Assembly (NCBI GenBank): GCA_963725665.1
Contig: CAVRZA010000001.1
Location: forward strand, 352,001 to 416,000
DNA from: an uncultured Actinomycetes bacterium
GTDB lineage: Bacteria > Actinomycetota > Thermoleophilia > UBA2241
DNA: 64,000 nucleotides
Direction of reading: 5' to 3'
In this document: positions 10,344 through 20,278 of the stretch, in pieces
Numbering within the stretch: the first letter of the stretch is position 1
Layout: the number at the start of each line of letters is the position of its first letter
Notes under the pieces: model-generated
The model's database searches: none
Seen by the model: only the letters and a program-made list of their open reading frames with translations
What the model was told of the DNA's origin: nothing
Made by a program: the position numbers and the translations under genes

Positions 10344-11354
10344 CTAGGGGCGAGGCGCGGCGCCGGCGGCAGCCAGGGCCTCGTCGAGGGTCGGCTGCCA
10401 GCCGGCGCCGCCGGCGCCGCGCAGCGAGAGAGCGCCGCAGGCGGCGCCGAGGGCGAGGCTCGCCTCGATGTCGCGTCCGGTGAGCCAGCCGGCGAGAAAG
10501 CCGGCGTCGAAGCTGTCGCCGGCGCCGACGCTGTCGGCGACGCCGGCGGTCACGGCCGGTACGCTCGCGAGCCGGCCGTCGACGAGCGCGAGGGCGCCGT
10601 CGGCGCCGCACTTGACGGCAGGCAGTGGTCCCAGTGCCGCCAGATGCCGCATCGCAACGACGATTGGGTCCTCACTCCGCGGAGCCGAGGCGCCGGATCC
10701 CGAGGCTCGACTCCCCGACGACCCCAGCGTGCCGGCCATCGCGAGCGCCTCCTCGCTGTTCGGCAGCAGTATGTCGGTCAGCGGCAACAGGTCGGTCAGG
10801 CCATCCCAACGGTCGGCCGGGTCCCAGTTGGTGTCGAGCGATGTCGTGAGGTCCGCGGCGTGCGCATCCGCGAAGAGGCCGGGCAGCTCGCCGGCGAGCA
10901 GAGGCTGCAAGAAGAACGAGCTCGCGTGCAGGTGGCGCGCGTCGCGCAAGAGTCCGCGGTCGACCATCTCGGCCGTCAGCGCCGGCAGGCAGCCGGGGAA
11001 CGTCAGCATGGCGCGGTCGTTCTCGCGCACGAGGTGCACGGTGAGCCCGGTGGCGAGGCTCCCGTGGGTGACGCAGCCCGAGGTGACGACGCCGCGGGCC
11101 GCCAGCTGCTCGAGCATGAAGTGGCCCGCGGCGTCGTCACCGACGAGAGCCACGAGGGCGGTGCGCAGGCCGAGGCGCGCCGCCCCGCAAGCGAGGATGG
11201 CGGCCGATCCGCCGATGGTGAGCGTGCCGGTGTCGACGAGTTGCTCGACCTGGGCGTAGAAGATCTCCTCTGGGACGCCGCTCACGATGACGTCCGGGTT
11301 GGCGTCGCCGACCACGAGGAGGTCGAGGCGCCGGGACCCAGCCGGCGGCGGCAT
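10344..11354 (-). CDS. PfkB family carbohydrate kinase
   Basis: GGSAAILACGAARLG; DSVGAGDSFDAGF. Confidence 0.9.
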   Translation of the reverse strand: MPPPAGSRRLDLLVVGDANPDVIVSGVPEEIFYAQVEQLVDTGTLTIGGSAAILACGAARLGLRTALVALVGDDAAGHFMLEQLAARGVVTSGCVTHGSLATGLTVHLVRENDRAMLTFPGCLPALTAEMVDRGLLRDARHLHASSFFLQPLLAGELPGLFADAHAADLTTSLDTNWDPADRWDGLTDLLPLTDILLPNSEEALAMAGTLGSSGSRASGSGASAPRSEDPIVVAMRHLAALGPLPAVKCGADGALALVDGRLASVPAVTAGVADSVGAGDSFDAGFLAGWLTGRDIEASLALGAACGALSLRGAGGAGWQPTLDEALAAAGAAPRP

Positions 11355-11408
11355 GCGTCTCACCCGGCTCCCCTCTCAGGCTGCTGTCTGGGACCGCCGT
11401 TCACGCCG

Positions 11409-12701
11409 CTATCGTAGACCCGGCGGGAGCGCCTCGCGGTGGGCTGTAAGCAGCTCGTCGACCATCGCCTCCATCCGCTCGAGCGAAAGCGTGGCTGCGG
11501 CGTTCGGGTCGAGGGCCACCGCCTGGAGCACGTGGTCGCGTCGCTCCTCGAGGGCCGCCTGCACGGCGAGCTCGACGACGTTCAGGAAGGTGCGGTCGAG
11601 GGCGGCGCACTGCGGGGGAAGGTCGCCCACGACGGTCGGCTGCACGCCGGCGCGGTCGACCAGGCAGGGCACCTCGACACAGGCGTCGGCGAGCAGGTTG
11701 GTGATCAGTCCGGCGTTGCGCACGTTGCCGTAGATCGTGCGCTGCTCGCCGGTCACCAGCGAGTGGATGATCAGCGACGCGTACTCCCGGCTGCGCGCGA
11801 TCTCGAACGGCTCGCCGGCCGCCAGCTTGCGCTTCTCCTCGGCGTAGAGCCCCAGGTTCTCCTCGCTGCGGCGGATGTACTCGCCGACGGGGATGCGCAG
11901 GCGCGCGATCTCGTCCTCGTCGTGCATGAACCAGGGCACGTACTCCGCGAAATGCTCGCTCGACTCGGTAGGGAAGTAGCCGAACAGCTTGTAGATCTGC
12001 ACGCGCACGTGACGACCGAGCCCCTCGGGGTCGGCGGCGACGGCCTCGTCGAGCAGGGGGTAGAGGTCCTCGCCGTCGCGCTCCAAGCGCAGGACCCAGC
12101 TCATGTGGTTCACCCCGGCGCCGAGGAAGGTGACTCCTTCCGGCGGCACGCCGACGTACTCGGCGATCTGCCGCGACGTGTTCTGGATTGAGTGGCAGAG
12201 GCCGACGATGCGCTTGTGCGCCGATGCCGTGTAGTAGGCCCAGCAGTTCATGGCCATCGGGTTGGTGTAGTTGAGGAGCCAGGCGTGCGGGCAGAGTTCG
12301 ACGATGTCGCGTCCGATGTCGAGGAAGACGGGGATGCTGCGCAGGGCGCGGAAGACGGCCCCGACGCCCGAGGTGTCGCCGATCGTCTGGCGCAGCCCGT
12401 ACTTCGCCGGGATGTCGAAGTCGAGACGCGTCGCGGCGATGCCGCCGACCTCGATGGTGTTGATGACGAAGTCGGCGCCCTGCAGGGCGCGGCGGCGATC
12501 CAGGTGACTCTCGATACGGGCGTGGGCGCCGACCGCGCCGTTGGTCCAGCGCGCCATGGCCTCGGCCGTCGCGAGCCGTTCCGGATCGATATCGTGGAGG
12601 ACGATCTCGCTCTCGGCGAGCTCGGGGAAGGTCAGGATGTCGCCGAGGAGATTGCGCGTGAACTCGACGCTCCCGGCGCCGATGAAGACGATGCGTGCCA
12701 T
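11409..12701 (-). CDS. melA: Glycoside hydrolase family 4 alpha-galactosidase
   Basis: IVFIGAGSVEF NAD-binding motif; LNYTNPMA, GLCHS, GVNH, TESSEHFAEY. Confidence 0.88.
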   Translation of the reverse strand: MARIVFIGAGSVEFTRNLLGDILTFPELAESEIVLHDIDPERLATAEAMARWTNGAVGAHARIESHLDRRRALQGADFVINTIEVGGIAATRLDFDIPAKYGLRQTIGDTSGVGAVFRALRSIPVFLDIGRDIVELCPHAWLLNYTNPMAMNCWAYYTASAHKRIVGLCHSIQNTSRQIAEYVGVPPEGVTFLGAGVNHMSWVLRLERDGEDLYPLLDEAVAADPEGLGRHVRVQIYKLFGYFPTESSEHFAEYVPWFMHDEDEIARLRIPVGEYIRRSEENLGLYAEEKRKLAAGEPFEIARSREYASLIIHSLVTGEQRTIYGNVRNAGLITNLLADACVEVPCLVDRAGVQPTVVGDLPPQCAALDRTFLNVVELAVQAALEERRDHVLQAVALDPNAAATLSLERMEAMVDELLTAHREALPPGLR

Positions 12702-13003
12702 GCCGCCCCTTGCCCTCGTGTCGCCGTCATCCAGTCGGACGACGAGTCCGTTCGTGAGCGATATTGTCCCAAGGTGGACAAAAGTGAGCAAGCCCCGGAG
12801 GGGAGGCAGTCGCGTCGGCCGCCTACTCTTCCGTTGCCGCGCTCCGGCCGTCCGGCGGAGTGTGACGCTTCCCACCGTTCCGCACGCCTTCTCCGTCACG
12901 TTGCATATCGTGGAAGCTCTACCAGGCAGCCGGACGTTTCACCGGCGACATGCCGGGAATCCCGAAGATGGGAAGGTAGCCCGCGGAGCACAGGAGGGTC
13001 GCC

Positions 13004-13207
13004 ATGGTGACGCTGTCGTGCAAGGACCTCGGCCTAGAGACCTGCGAGTTCATCGCCGAGGCCGAGTCGGAACGTCACGTCGAGAACGTGATGTTCGACC
13101 ACATCCGAGACGAGCACCCAGAGCTGATCGCCGGTGTCACGGACGAGCAGCGCCGCGATCTCACGCACAGGATGCACCTCGCGGTCAAACCGAAGCTGGC
13201 GGCGTGA
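13004..13207 (+). CDS. DUF1059 small metal-binding protein
   Basis: LSCKDLGLETC...HIRDEH pattern; RBS AGGAGG. Confidence 0.75.
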   Translation: MVTLSCKDLGLETCEFIAEAESERHVENVMFDHIRDEHPELIAGVTDEQRRDLTHRMHLAVKPKLAA

Positions 13208-13211
13208 GATG

Positions 13212-13262
13212 ATGGGCGGGGCGGGCGGCGGCCCCGGCGGGGCCGCCGCCCGCCCCGCCCAT
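13212..13262. repeat. 51-nt near-perfect GC palindrome (25-bp arms)
   Basis: atgggcggggcgggcggcggccccg-g-cggggccgccgcccgccccgcccat. Confidence 0.8.
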
Positions 13263-13285
13263 GTCGCAAGGCCGAAAGGACGACC

Positions 13286-13747
13286 GTGAAGTCGCACACC
13301 GTCTACCACACCTTCAGGACCGACGAGCGCCGGGCGTTCGTGCGCATCACCGACCTGGTGCAGGCCGCGGTCGACCAGTCGGGGATCCGCGAGGGCATGG
13401 CGCTGGTCTCGGCCATGCACATCACCGCTGGGGTCTGGGTCAACGACGACGAGCCGGGCATCCAGGCCGACGCGCTGGAGTGGCTCGACAAGCTCGCGCC
13501 GCCGACGTGGAAGGCGCCGGCGAACGAGGTCGCCGAAGCACTCGTGCCGGAGGGAGGCGACTACCGCCACCACCGGAGCGGCGAGGACAACGGCGACGCC
13601 CACCTCAAGAACCTCCTCGTCCACCACCAGGTCATCTTGCCGGTGACTGCCGGTCGTCTCGACCTCGGTCCCTGGCAGGCCGTCTTCTACTGCGAGTTCG
13701 ATGGCCGCCGCGGCAAGCGCCTCATCATCAAGGTCATGGGGGAGTAG
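13286..13747 (+). CDS. YjbQ / UPF0047 family protein
   Basis: [28 protein letters not shown]. Confidence 0.9.
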   Translation: MKSHTVYHTFRTDERRAFVRITDLVQAAVDQSGIREGMALVSAMHITAGVWVNDDEPGIQADALEWLDKLAPPTWKAPANEVAEALVPEGGDYRHHRSGEDNGDAHLKNLLVHHQVILPVTAGRLDLGPWQAVFYCEFDGRRGKRLIIKVMGE

Positions 13748-13832
13748 CCGTTGCCGCGCTGCTGGGCGGCACCGCATCTCGCGGCGCCCGCGTGCGGGAG
13801 TCCGGTTCGGCGGTGGTGACGCAGAAGAGCGA

Positions 13833-13872
13833 GCGGGCCGGGCCGGCGCGCGAGCGCGCCGGCCCGGCCCGC
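13833..13872. terminator. Inverted repeat between convergent genes
   Basis: gcgggccgggccggcgcgc-ga-gcgcgccggcccggcccgc. Confidence 0.55.
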
Positions 13873-13911
13873 CCTCAAACAGAGCAGATCAGGTCAGAGC
13901 TGCGCGACACC

Positions 13912-14295
13912 TCACTCGAAGACGTCGCCGTACACCGTGAGCCCGTAGATGATGAGGCCGTAGACGACGAGGTTCACCATCGCCCAGAAGGGGGAGATGC
14001 CGAGGGCGAAGAACCACACCAGCATGCCGATGGAGGCCATGACGATGCCGCCGAACCTGCCGGCGCGACTGCCGCTCAAGATCAGCCAGCCGAGAAGCAT
14101 GCCCACCGCGCCGACGATGATCCAGATCCAGCCCCAGGCCTGCAGGTTGTCGTACAGGTAGGTGCCGTTCTTGAAGTACTCCTTGCGTGCCAGTGCCGCG
14201 ATACCGGAGATGATGTCGAAGCCGCCGACGATGAAGAACCAGATGCCGGCGAACATGGCGTAGTTCGCCCCCTTGCTGCGTGCGTGCTGATCCAT
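13912..14295 (-). CDS. Small four-TM membrane protein (actinobacterial DUF7144-like)
   Basis: RBS AAAGGAG; FAGIWFFIVGGFDIISGIAAL and WGWIWIIVG hydrophobic pattern. Confidence 0.75.
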   Translation of the reverse strand: MDQHARSKGANYAMFAGIWFFIVGGFDIISGIAALARKEYFKNGTYLYDNLQAWGWIWIIVGAVGMLLGWLILSGSRAGRFGGIVMASIGMLVWFFALGISPFWAMVNLVVYGLIIYGLTVYGDVFE

Positions 14296-14532
14296 GGGCT
14301 TGTCTCCTTTGCTGGACGCTTTGCTGTCGCTGTAGTCGACCGGGCTTCGACGGCGGGTGCGCTTCCAAGGCGGGCGCACTCCCGAATCACCGGCCCTGCG
14401 ACGACATGCCTACTATAGCCGTGCTGCCGCCGTCTTATTCATCCTCCGGGAGCAGCTTCCTCTGGGGCGTCTCGCGCGTCGGTGAGCCTCCTGCTACCGC
14501 TCGGTGGGCGTGTCCGCTCTCACCTCGGGGCT

Positions 14533-15817
14533 CTAGCGCACCGGCAGTTCCTCCGCAGCCGCTTCGGCCGCCTTCAGGGCGGCCGTCTCCTCCGCGGGCT
14601 CGGCGGGGCGCCGCCGTGCCCGCAGGAACGGGAACAGCGCCGCTCCGCCGACCCCCGTCAGCGCGACGAGGACGTAGGCCCCCTTCGGCCCTAACGTGTC
14701 CACCGCCATGCCTCCGAAGAGCGGCCCCAGCGCGTAGCCGCTGAGCCACACCAGCGTCCAGCTGCCCATGTAGCGGCCTCTCAGCTCTGGCGGAGCGAGC
14801 CGCGACACCACCGTCGTCGAGATGGGGATGAAGAGCATGACCCCGACACTCACGGCCACGAAGAGCCCGCGCGTTGCCCATCCGAACGGCACCAGCACCG
14901 CCCCTCCGAGACCGACGCCGATGAGGACGCTGGCGCAAGCCATGAGGAGCATCGGTTCGCGCCGGCGCACGAGGCGCACGACGGGGTACTGCAGGAGCGT
15001 TCCGGTCAAGGCATAGAGGGCCAGCAGCCTGCTCCACGACTCGGGCCCCGTGCCCTGCGCCTTCTCGAGCGCGACGGGGAAGATGGACCAGATCTGCCCG
15101 AAGCCGTACAGGGGCAGCAGCGCCGCGAGGCAGAAGAGCAGGAAGCGGCGGTCTCTGAGCACGACGCCGTACCCGCCGAGGGGTTCCCGCCGCCGCTCGA
15201 CGGTCGCCGGCCTAGTCTCCCTGAGCCAGAAGGCGATGATGATGATGAAGACGCAGCAGATCGTGCCACCGAGCAGAAACGACGAGCGAAACGAGGGGTC
15301 GACCACGAGCACCGCGCCGGCCAGGAGCGGACCGACGACCATGCCGGCGTTGACCGCTACTCGCGTGATGCCGAACGCCTCGGTGCGTCGTTCGAAGGAT
15401 GTGAGGTCGGCGACCATGGCGTTGCTCGCAGTCAGGTACATGGGCCACCCGAGCGCGGCTTCCCAGGCAATGAAGGCGACGAGCGGCGTGAGTTCGTGCA
15501 CGAGCCCCAAGGCGAGGTAGAGGGCAGCGCTGCCGGCGACGCCGAGAGCGAGGACGGGGCGGCGCCCCAGTCTGTCGGTGAGTGCGCCGCCGACGATCTG
15601 GAAGGGCAACCCGGCGAACACCGTGAGGCCGAGGATGAGTCCGACGGCGCTCATCGAGACACCCAGCCTGCCGGTCAAGTACAGGGTCTCGAACGGGTAC
15701 GCCGATTCGACGCCCGATCAGGTAGACGAACATCCCCAGCGAGAGCAGCCAGAACTGGGCGGGAAAGGCCCCCGCCTCGCGTCTCGCCCTGTCGGTCAGG
15801 CTCTCGTCCCACCTCAC
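14533..15817 (-). CDS. MFS transporter; +1 frameshift in a GGG run near 15714
   Basis: Motif A GALTDRLGRRP and about 12 TM segments. The N-terminus FPAQFWLLSLGMFVYLIG continues as VESAYPFETLYLTGRLG in the adjacent frame. Confidence 0.85.
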
Positions 15818-15933
15818 GGTCGCGATGCTAGCCCAGCGCCGATCACGAGGCGACCCGGCAGAGCCACCCCGCGCCTCGGCACGTGGTAGGCTGTGCCGTC
15901 TCGGATGCGAGGGGTCACAGACAAAGGGGGACT

Positions 15934-16314
15934 ATGGGCATCCTCATCCGCTTTCTGGTGACGGCTGCCGCGCTGCTCGTGGCGGTGCTCGTCGTGCCCG
16001 GCATCTCGGTCGGGTCCGGCGCGTGGTGGGCCGTCATCGTGATGACGATCGTACTGGCGCTCATCAACGCCATCGTGAAGCCGATCCTGGTCCTGCTGTC
16101 GTGCGGCTGCGTGGTGCTCACGCTCGGTATCTTCCTGCTCTTCATCAACGCCTTCACGCTCTGGTTCTCCTCGTGGATCGCCCAGAACGTGTTCAACGCC
16201 AACTTCGTCGTCGACGGCTTCTGGCCCGCGTTCTGGGGCGGCATCGTCGTCGCAATCGTCTCGTTCTTGCTCAACCTGGTGACCGGCGACGGCGGACGTC
16301 GCCGCCGCGCCTGA
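15934..16314 (+). CDS. YvlD/DUF360 phage-holin-like membrane protein
   Basis: LINAIVKPIL...TLGIFLLFINA...GFWPAFWG. Confidence 0.85.
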   Translation: MGILIRFLVTAAALLVAVLVVPGISVGSGAWWAVIVMTIVLALINAIVKPILVLLSCGCVVLTLGIFLLFINAFTLWFSSWIAQNVFNANFVVDGFWPAFWGGIVVAIVSFLLNLVTGDGGRRRRA

Positions 16315-16320
16315 AGGGAC

Positions 16321-16377
16321 GATGGGGCGGGGCGACGGCGCGTCTCTGCGAGAGACGCGCCGCCGCCCCGCCCCATC
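16321..16377. repeat. 57-nt GC palindrome (27-bp arms, one mismatch) between convergent genes
   Basis: gatggggcggggcgacggcgcgtctct-gcg-agagacgcgccgccgccccgccccatc. Confidence 0.8.
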
Positions 16378-16445
16378 TACGTACCCCCGTCGCGGCGACG
16401 CGCGCGCGGAGCGGGGCCTCTGAAGACTTCGGTGACCCGGCGGGG

Positions 16446-16709
16446 TCACATCTCGCTGCGATGCACCTCCGCGTAGTGCTGCTCTCGAGCGCTCCGGCCG
16501 CGACGGCGCAGGGCGTAGAGCAGAAGCTCCCACGCGACGACGGCCAGCACCATCGTGATGATGAGCATCAGCGAGAGCGGCAGCGTGATCGTGAAGAACA
16601 GGAAGTTGAAGTGGACGCTCCCGGTGTTCTGGAAGATGAAGAACAGGAGCATGATCGCGATCACCGCGGCGATGATCAGTTGCCCCTGGCCGTGCCGTCG
16701 TTGAGCCAT
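16446..16709 (-). CDS. LapA/DUF1049 family small membrane protein
   Basis: FIFQNTGSVHFNFLF between two TM helices; RBS AAGGAG. Confidence 0.8.
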   Translation of the reverse strand: MAQRRHGQGQLIIAAVIAIMLLFFIFQNTGSVHFNFLFFTITLPLSLMLIITMVLAVVAWELLLYALRRRGRSAREQHYAEVHRSEM

Positions 16710-16968
16710 GCCCTCTCCTTCTGCGTCGCCCGCGAGCGCCTCCGCAGGCGGCCTCCCGCGTAGTAGCGGCCGGGTCGTTGCTGCTCGGCTGCCGCCCGCC
16801 GCGGCGCTGTGCGCGGACAGAAACGGCGGAACGGTACAGAGACTTGTCCGACGCCGGCCCGTATTCTCCTTCTTCGCGACGCTCCCTTCGTCACCGGGCT
16901 CGTCGTCCGGGACCAGTGGCCACGGTTTCGTTCCTTGAGGATACGATACCCGTCAGCGAAAGGAGAAC

Positions 16969-18462
16969 GTGGACGAGCTTCTTCTCGGGCTCGACATCGG
17001 CTCGTCGAGCGCCAAGGCGCTGCTGGTGCGCCCCGACGGTTCGATCGTCGCGACCGCAAAGCGCGCGCATGAGATCGCCCGCCCCCAGCCGGGGTGGGCC
17101 GAGCAGGACGCCGACGGCGTGTGGTGGACGGCCGCCGTCTCGCTCACGCGCGAGCTGCTTGCCGCGAGACCGGGCCGCGTCGCCGCCGTCGGGGTCGTCG
17201 GGCTCGGCCCCTGCGTGCTGCCGGCCGACCCCCAAGGCCGGCCACTACGGCCGGCCATCCTCTACGGCATCGATCGCCGCGCCGTCGCCGAGATCGACGA
17301 GCTGAACGATCTGCTGGGCGCCGCGGAGGTCCTGCGGCGCTGCGGCTCGCCGCTCACGACGCAGGCCGTCGGCCCCAAGCTCCTCTGGCTGCGGCGCCGC
17401 GAACCTGCTGTGTGGGAGCGCACGAGGATGCTCTTCGGCGCGACGAGCTATCTCGTGCGCCGCCTCACCGGCGCCTACGTGCTCGACCACCACTCGGCGA
17501 GCCAGTCTGTGCCGCTCTACGACGTACACGAGAACGCCTGGATCGATGAGTGGACGGCCGCGGTCGCGCCAGGGCTGCCGCTGCCCGCGCTCGCCTGGCC
17601 GCAGGACGCCGTGGGTACGGTGAGCGCCGAGGCTGCGGCGGCTACCGGGCTGCCGGAGGGCATCCCGGTCGCCGCCGGCACCATCGACGCCTGGGGCGAG
17701 GCGTTCGGGTCGAGCGTGCGCGCCCTGGGGGACGTGCTGCTCGTGTACGGCACGACGCTTTTCGTGCTCGAAGCGCTGACGTCGGCGCGTCCCGATCCTC
17801 ACCTGTGGAGCACGACGAGCTTCCTGCCGGCGACGAGGAACCTGGCGGCCGGCACGGCCACGGCCGGCGCCCTCTCGGCCTGGTTCCGCCGTCTCATCGG
17901 TGACGTGCCCTTCGAGCAGCTACTCATGGAGGCCGCCGCCGTGCCGGCCGGCGCCGGCGGCCTCGTCGCGCTGCCCTACTTCGCCGGTGAGCGCGCCCCG
18001 CTCTTCGACGCTGACGCGCGGGGCGTGCTGGCCGGCCTCACGTTGGCCCATACGCGGGCTCACGTCTACCGCTCCCTGCTCGAGGGGACGGCGTTCGCGG
18101 TGCGCCACGCGCTCGAGGTGATGGCCGCGGCGGGCGGCAGCCAGCAGCGGTTCCTCTCGGCCGGGGGCGGTACGAGGGGGGGCGGACTGTGGCCGCAGAT
18201 CGTCTCCGATGTCATCGGCAGGCCCCAGGAGCTCCTCGCGGTCGTCGAGGGCGCCGGGTACGGCGCCGCCCTCCTCGCCGGCGTGGCCGCCGGCCTCGTG
18301 CCCTTCGGCAGCGTCTGGAACCGCGGGGAGCGCACCGTCGTGCCCACCGGCGAGACGGCCGACGTGTACGACCGGCTGTATGCGCTCTACCGCGAGCTGT
18401 ACCCCGCGACCCTGACGCAGGTCCACGCGCTCGCCGCGTTGCAGAGCGAGGCGCTCTCGTGA
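16969..18462 (+). CDS. FGGY family carbohydrate kinase (xylulokinase-like)
   Basis: GLDIGSSSAK, PQPGWAEQD, GPKLLWL, LPYFAGERAP. Confidence 0.9.
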   Translation: MDELLLGLDIGSSSAKALLVRPDGSIVATAKRAHEIARPQPGWAEQDADGVWWTAAVSLTRELLAARPGRVAAVGVVGLGPCVLPADPQGRPLRPAILYGIDRRAVAEIDELNDLLGAAEVLRRCGSPLTTQAVGPKLLWLRRREPAVWERTRMLFGATSYLVRRLTGAYVLDHHSASQSVPLYDVHENAWIDEWTAAVAPGLPLPALAWPQDAVGTVSAEAAAATGLPEGIPVAAGTIDAWGEAFGSSVRALGDVLLVYGTTLFVLEALTSARPDPHLWSTTSFLPATRNLAAGTATAGALSAWFRRLIGDVPFEQLLMEAAAVPAGAGGLVALPYFAGERAPLFDADARGVLAGLTLAHTRAHVYRSLLEGTAFAVRHALEVMAAAGGSQQRFLSAGGGTRGGGLWPQIVSDVIGRPQELLAVVEGAGYGAALLAGVAAGLVPFGSVWNRGERTVVPTGETADVYDRLYALYRELYPATLTQVHALAALQSEALS

Positions 18463-18616
18463 GCCGCGCCGTCGACGTCACCCGCGATGCCCAGCCGCAC
18501 TCGAGACGCTGAGTCTGGCGTCTCACTATTCCGCTGACACTAGGATAGGCTGATGCCGTCGCAGGGGCACTCGGCGGCATCATCCGCCGTTTTCATGGCG
18601 ATCGAAAGGGGACCAC

Positions 18617-19144
18617 GTGGCAGAGACCACCGGACGCAGCATGTGGCCGGCCCTCCTCGGGGGCATCGGCCTGCTCGTGCTCGGCATCATCCTTGTAGCG
18701 TGGCCGGGCATCACGCTCGCCACGCTCATCTACCTGTTCGGCTTCTTGATCCTGTTCGCCGGCGGCATGTACGCGATCGCCGCTCTGCTTGGGGCAGCGG
18801 GCCACCGTCTCTGGGGCTTTGTCGGCGGGGCGCTGGCGGCGGTCTTCGGGATTATCATCCTGGTCTGGCCCGGCCTCACGGCGCTGACGCTCATCTACAT
18901 CATCGGCATCTGGGCGCTGGCCGCCGGCGTCTCCGACCTCGTGGGCGTCTTCGCGGCCGATCTGAGCGGCGGTCACCGCGCTCTCCTGGCGGTGGTCGGT
19001 GTCGCCTCGATCCTTTTCGGCATGATCTTCCTCTTCCATCCCGGCGGGGGCGCCCTCGCGTTCCTGTGGGTGATCGGGCTCTACCTCATCGTCATTGGCG
19101 TCCTGAGGATCGGCGGGTCGCTCTTTTCGCGCGCCTCCGGCTAG
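18617..19144 (+). CDS. HdeD/DUF308 membrane protein
   Basis: Repeated GII-LVWPG-T units, six TM segments. Confidence 0.85.
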   Translation: MAETTGRSMWPALLGGIGLLVLGIILVAWPGITLATLIYLFGFLILFAGGMYAIAALLGAAGHRLWGFVGGALAAVFGIIILVWPGLTALTLIYIIGIWALAAGVSDLVGVFAADLSGGHRALLAVVGVASILFGMIFLFHPGGGALAFLWVIGLYLIVIGVLRIGGSLFSRASG

Positions 19145-19288
19145 GGTGACTGGAGAAGGGCCCCTGACAGCGGGGACGAGGAGATGAACTGACGCGGGCG
19201 CGGCCCGCGGGGGGCCTCCTCGTGCGCCCCGCGGGCCGCGCCCGCGTCGTCGGCGCCGCGCCTGCCGGCGCGGCGCCACCCCCCCCAA

Positions 19289-19558
19289 TTAGTCGCGCAG
19301 TGTCGACGCCAGGGCATCGATCTCCTTGGGCGTTCCCCGATCGGCTTTGCTCAGCAGGCGACGCATCAGCTCGAGGAGAGCGGCGTTGGCGTCGTTGACG
19401 GCCTTCACCGCGGTTTCGAGCTCGGCGAGGCCGGCCTCGATCTCGTCCTGGTGGACGGACCAGGGTCCCTGGTCTTCGAGCGGCACCACGGCCATCGGCG
19501 TGCAGGGGCGGACCGCGTGCCATAGGCTCGCTGTCGCTCTATAGGTGTCTGCGTTCAT
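19289..19558 (-). CDS. Hypothetical protein
   Basis: ORF with genome-typical codon usage and a helical C-terminus; no family recognised; start uncertain. Confidence 0.45.
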   Translation of the reverse strand: MNADTYRATASLWHAVRPCTPMAVVPLEDQGPWSVHQDEIEAGLAELETAVKAVNDANAALLELMRRLLSKADRGTPKEIDALASTLRD

Positions 19559-19695
19559 GGAGAAGTCCCCCAGACTCCGTTTCCGTGTTCGCAGGATACA
19601 CCGGGCGCCCGCGGAGGGCCTTCTTTTGCAGGCAGATTGCGTTGTCACGACGGAAAACCAGGGCGGCGGGAGCTACCCGAATGGCGTCGTGGCGC

Positions 19696-20175
19696 CTAGG
19701 TGGAGGCAGGCAGTCGCTTCCAGAACGAGGCCAACGCGGCGAGCTCCTCGGTCTCGAAGGCGCTGAGGAAGAGTCGCCGCACGCCGCGACGGTGAGTCGG
19801 CCGCGCCTCGTCCAGGCGCGCTAGCCCCTCCTCGGTCGCGACGGCGAAGTAGCCGCGCCGGTCGGAGTCGCAGCGCTCGCGGCGCACGAGCCCCGCCGCT
19901 GCCATACGGTCGACGAGGCGGGTGACGCCGCTCGGCGTGAGGAGCACCGAAGTAGAGAGCTCGGCCATGCGCAGCATGCGCCGAGGGGCATCGTCGAGAA
20001 CGACGAGGACGTCATACCACGCGAGCGGCAGACCGTGGCGCTCGCGGAGCTCCGCGTCTAGGTCGCGCACGAGCTCGGCGTGCGCGCGCAGGAAACCGCG
20101 CCATGCGCCGAGCTCGGTGGGGTTGAACCTCGCGCTCGCTGCGGGTTCTGGTTTCGAAAGCCGCTGCTGGGGCAA
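19696..20175 (-). CDS. MarR family transcriptional regulator
   Basis: YDVL...LRMAEL...SGVTRLVDRM...DRRG; RBS AAGGAG before TTG. Confidence 0.9.
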   Translation of the reverse strand: MPQQRLSKPEPAASARFNPTELGAWRGFLRAHAELVRDLDAELRERHGLPLAWYDVLVVLDDAPRRMLRMAELSTSVLLTPSGVTRLVDRMAAAGLVRRERCDSDRRGYFAVATEEGLARLDEARPTHRRGVRRLFLSAFETEELAALASFWKRLPAST

Positions 20176-20278
20176 GCCATCTCCTTGACGCTACAACTAT
20201 ACCTCTACCCGGCCTGGGCTCGTCGCACGCCTCACCACGGCGGGCGAGAGGGCGGCCGGAAAGGGGAGAGGAGAGGGC

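Noticed and set aside
12750-12790. LacI-type operator upstream of melA (gtgagcgatattgt)
   Set aside because: Only a half-site match and no LacI gene in the window.
15934-16314. Holin-like gene as evidence of a prophage
   Set aside because: YvlD-family genes are common chromosomal genes, and no phage structural, lysin or integrase genes are nearby.
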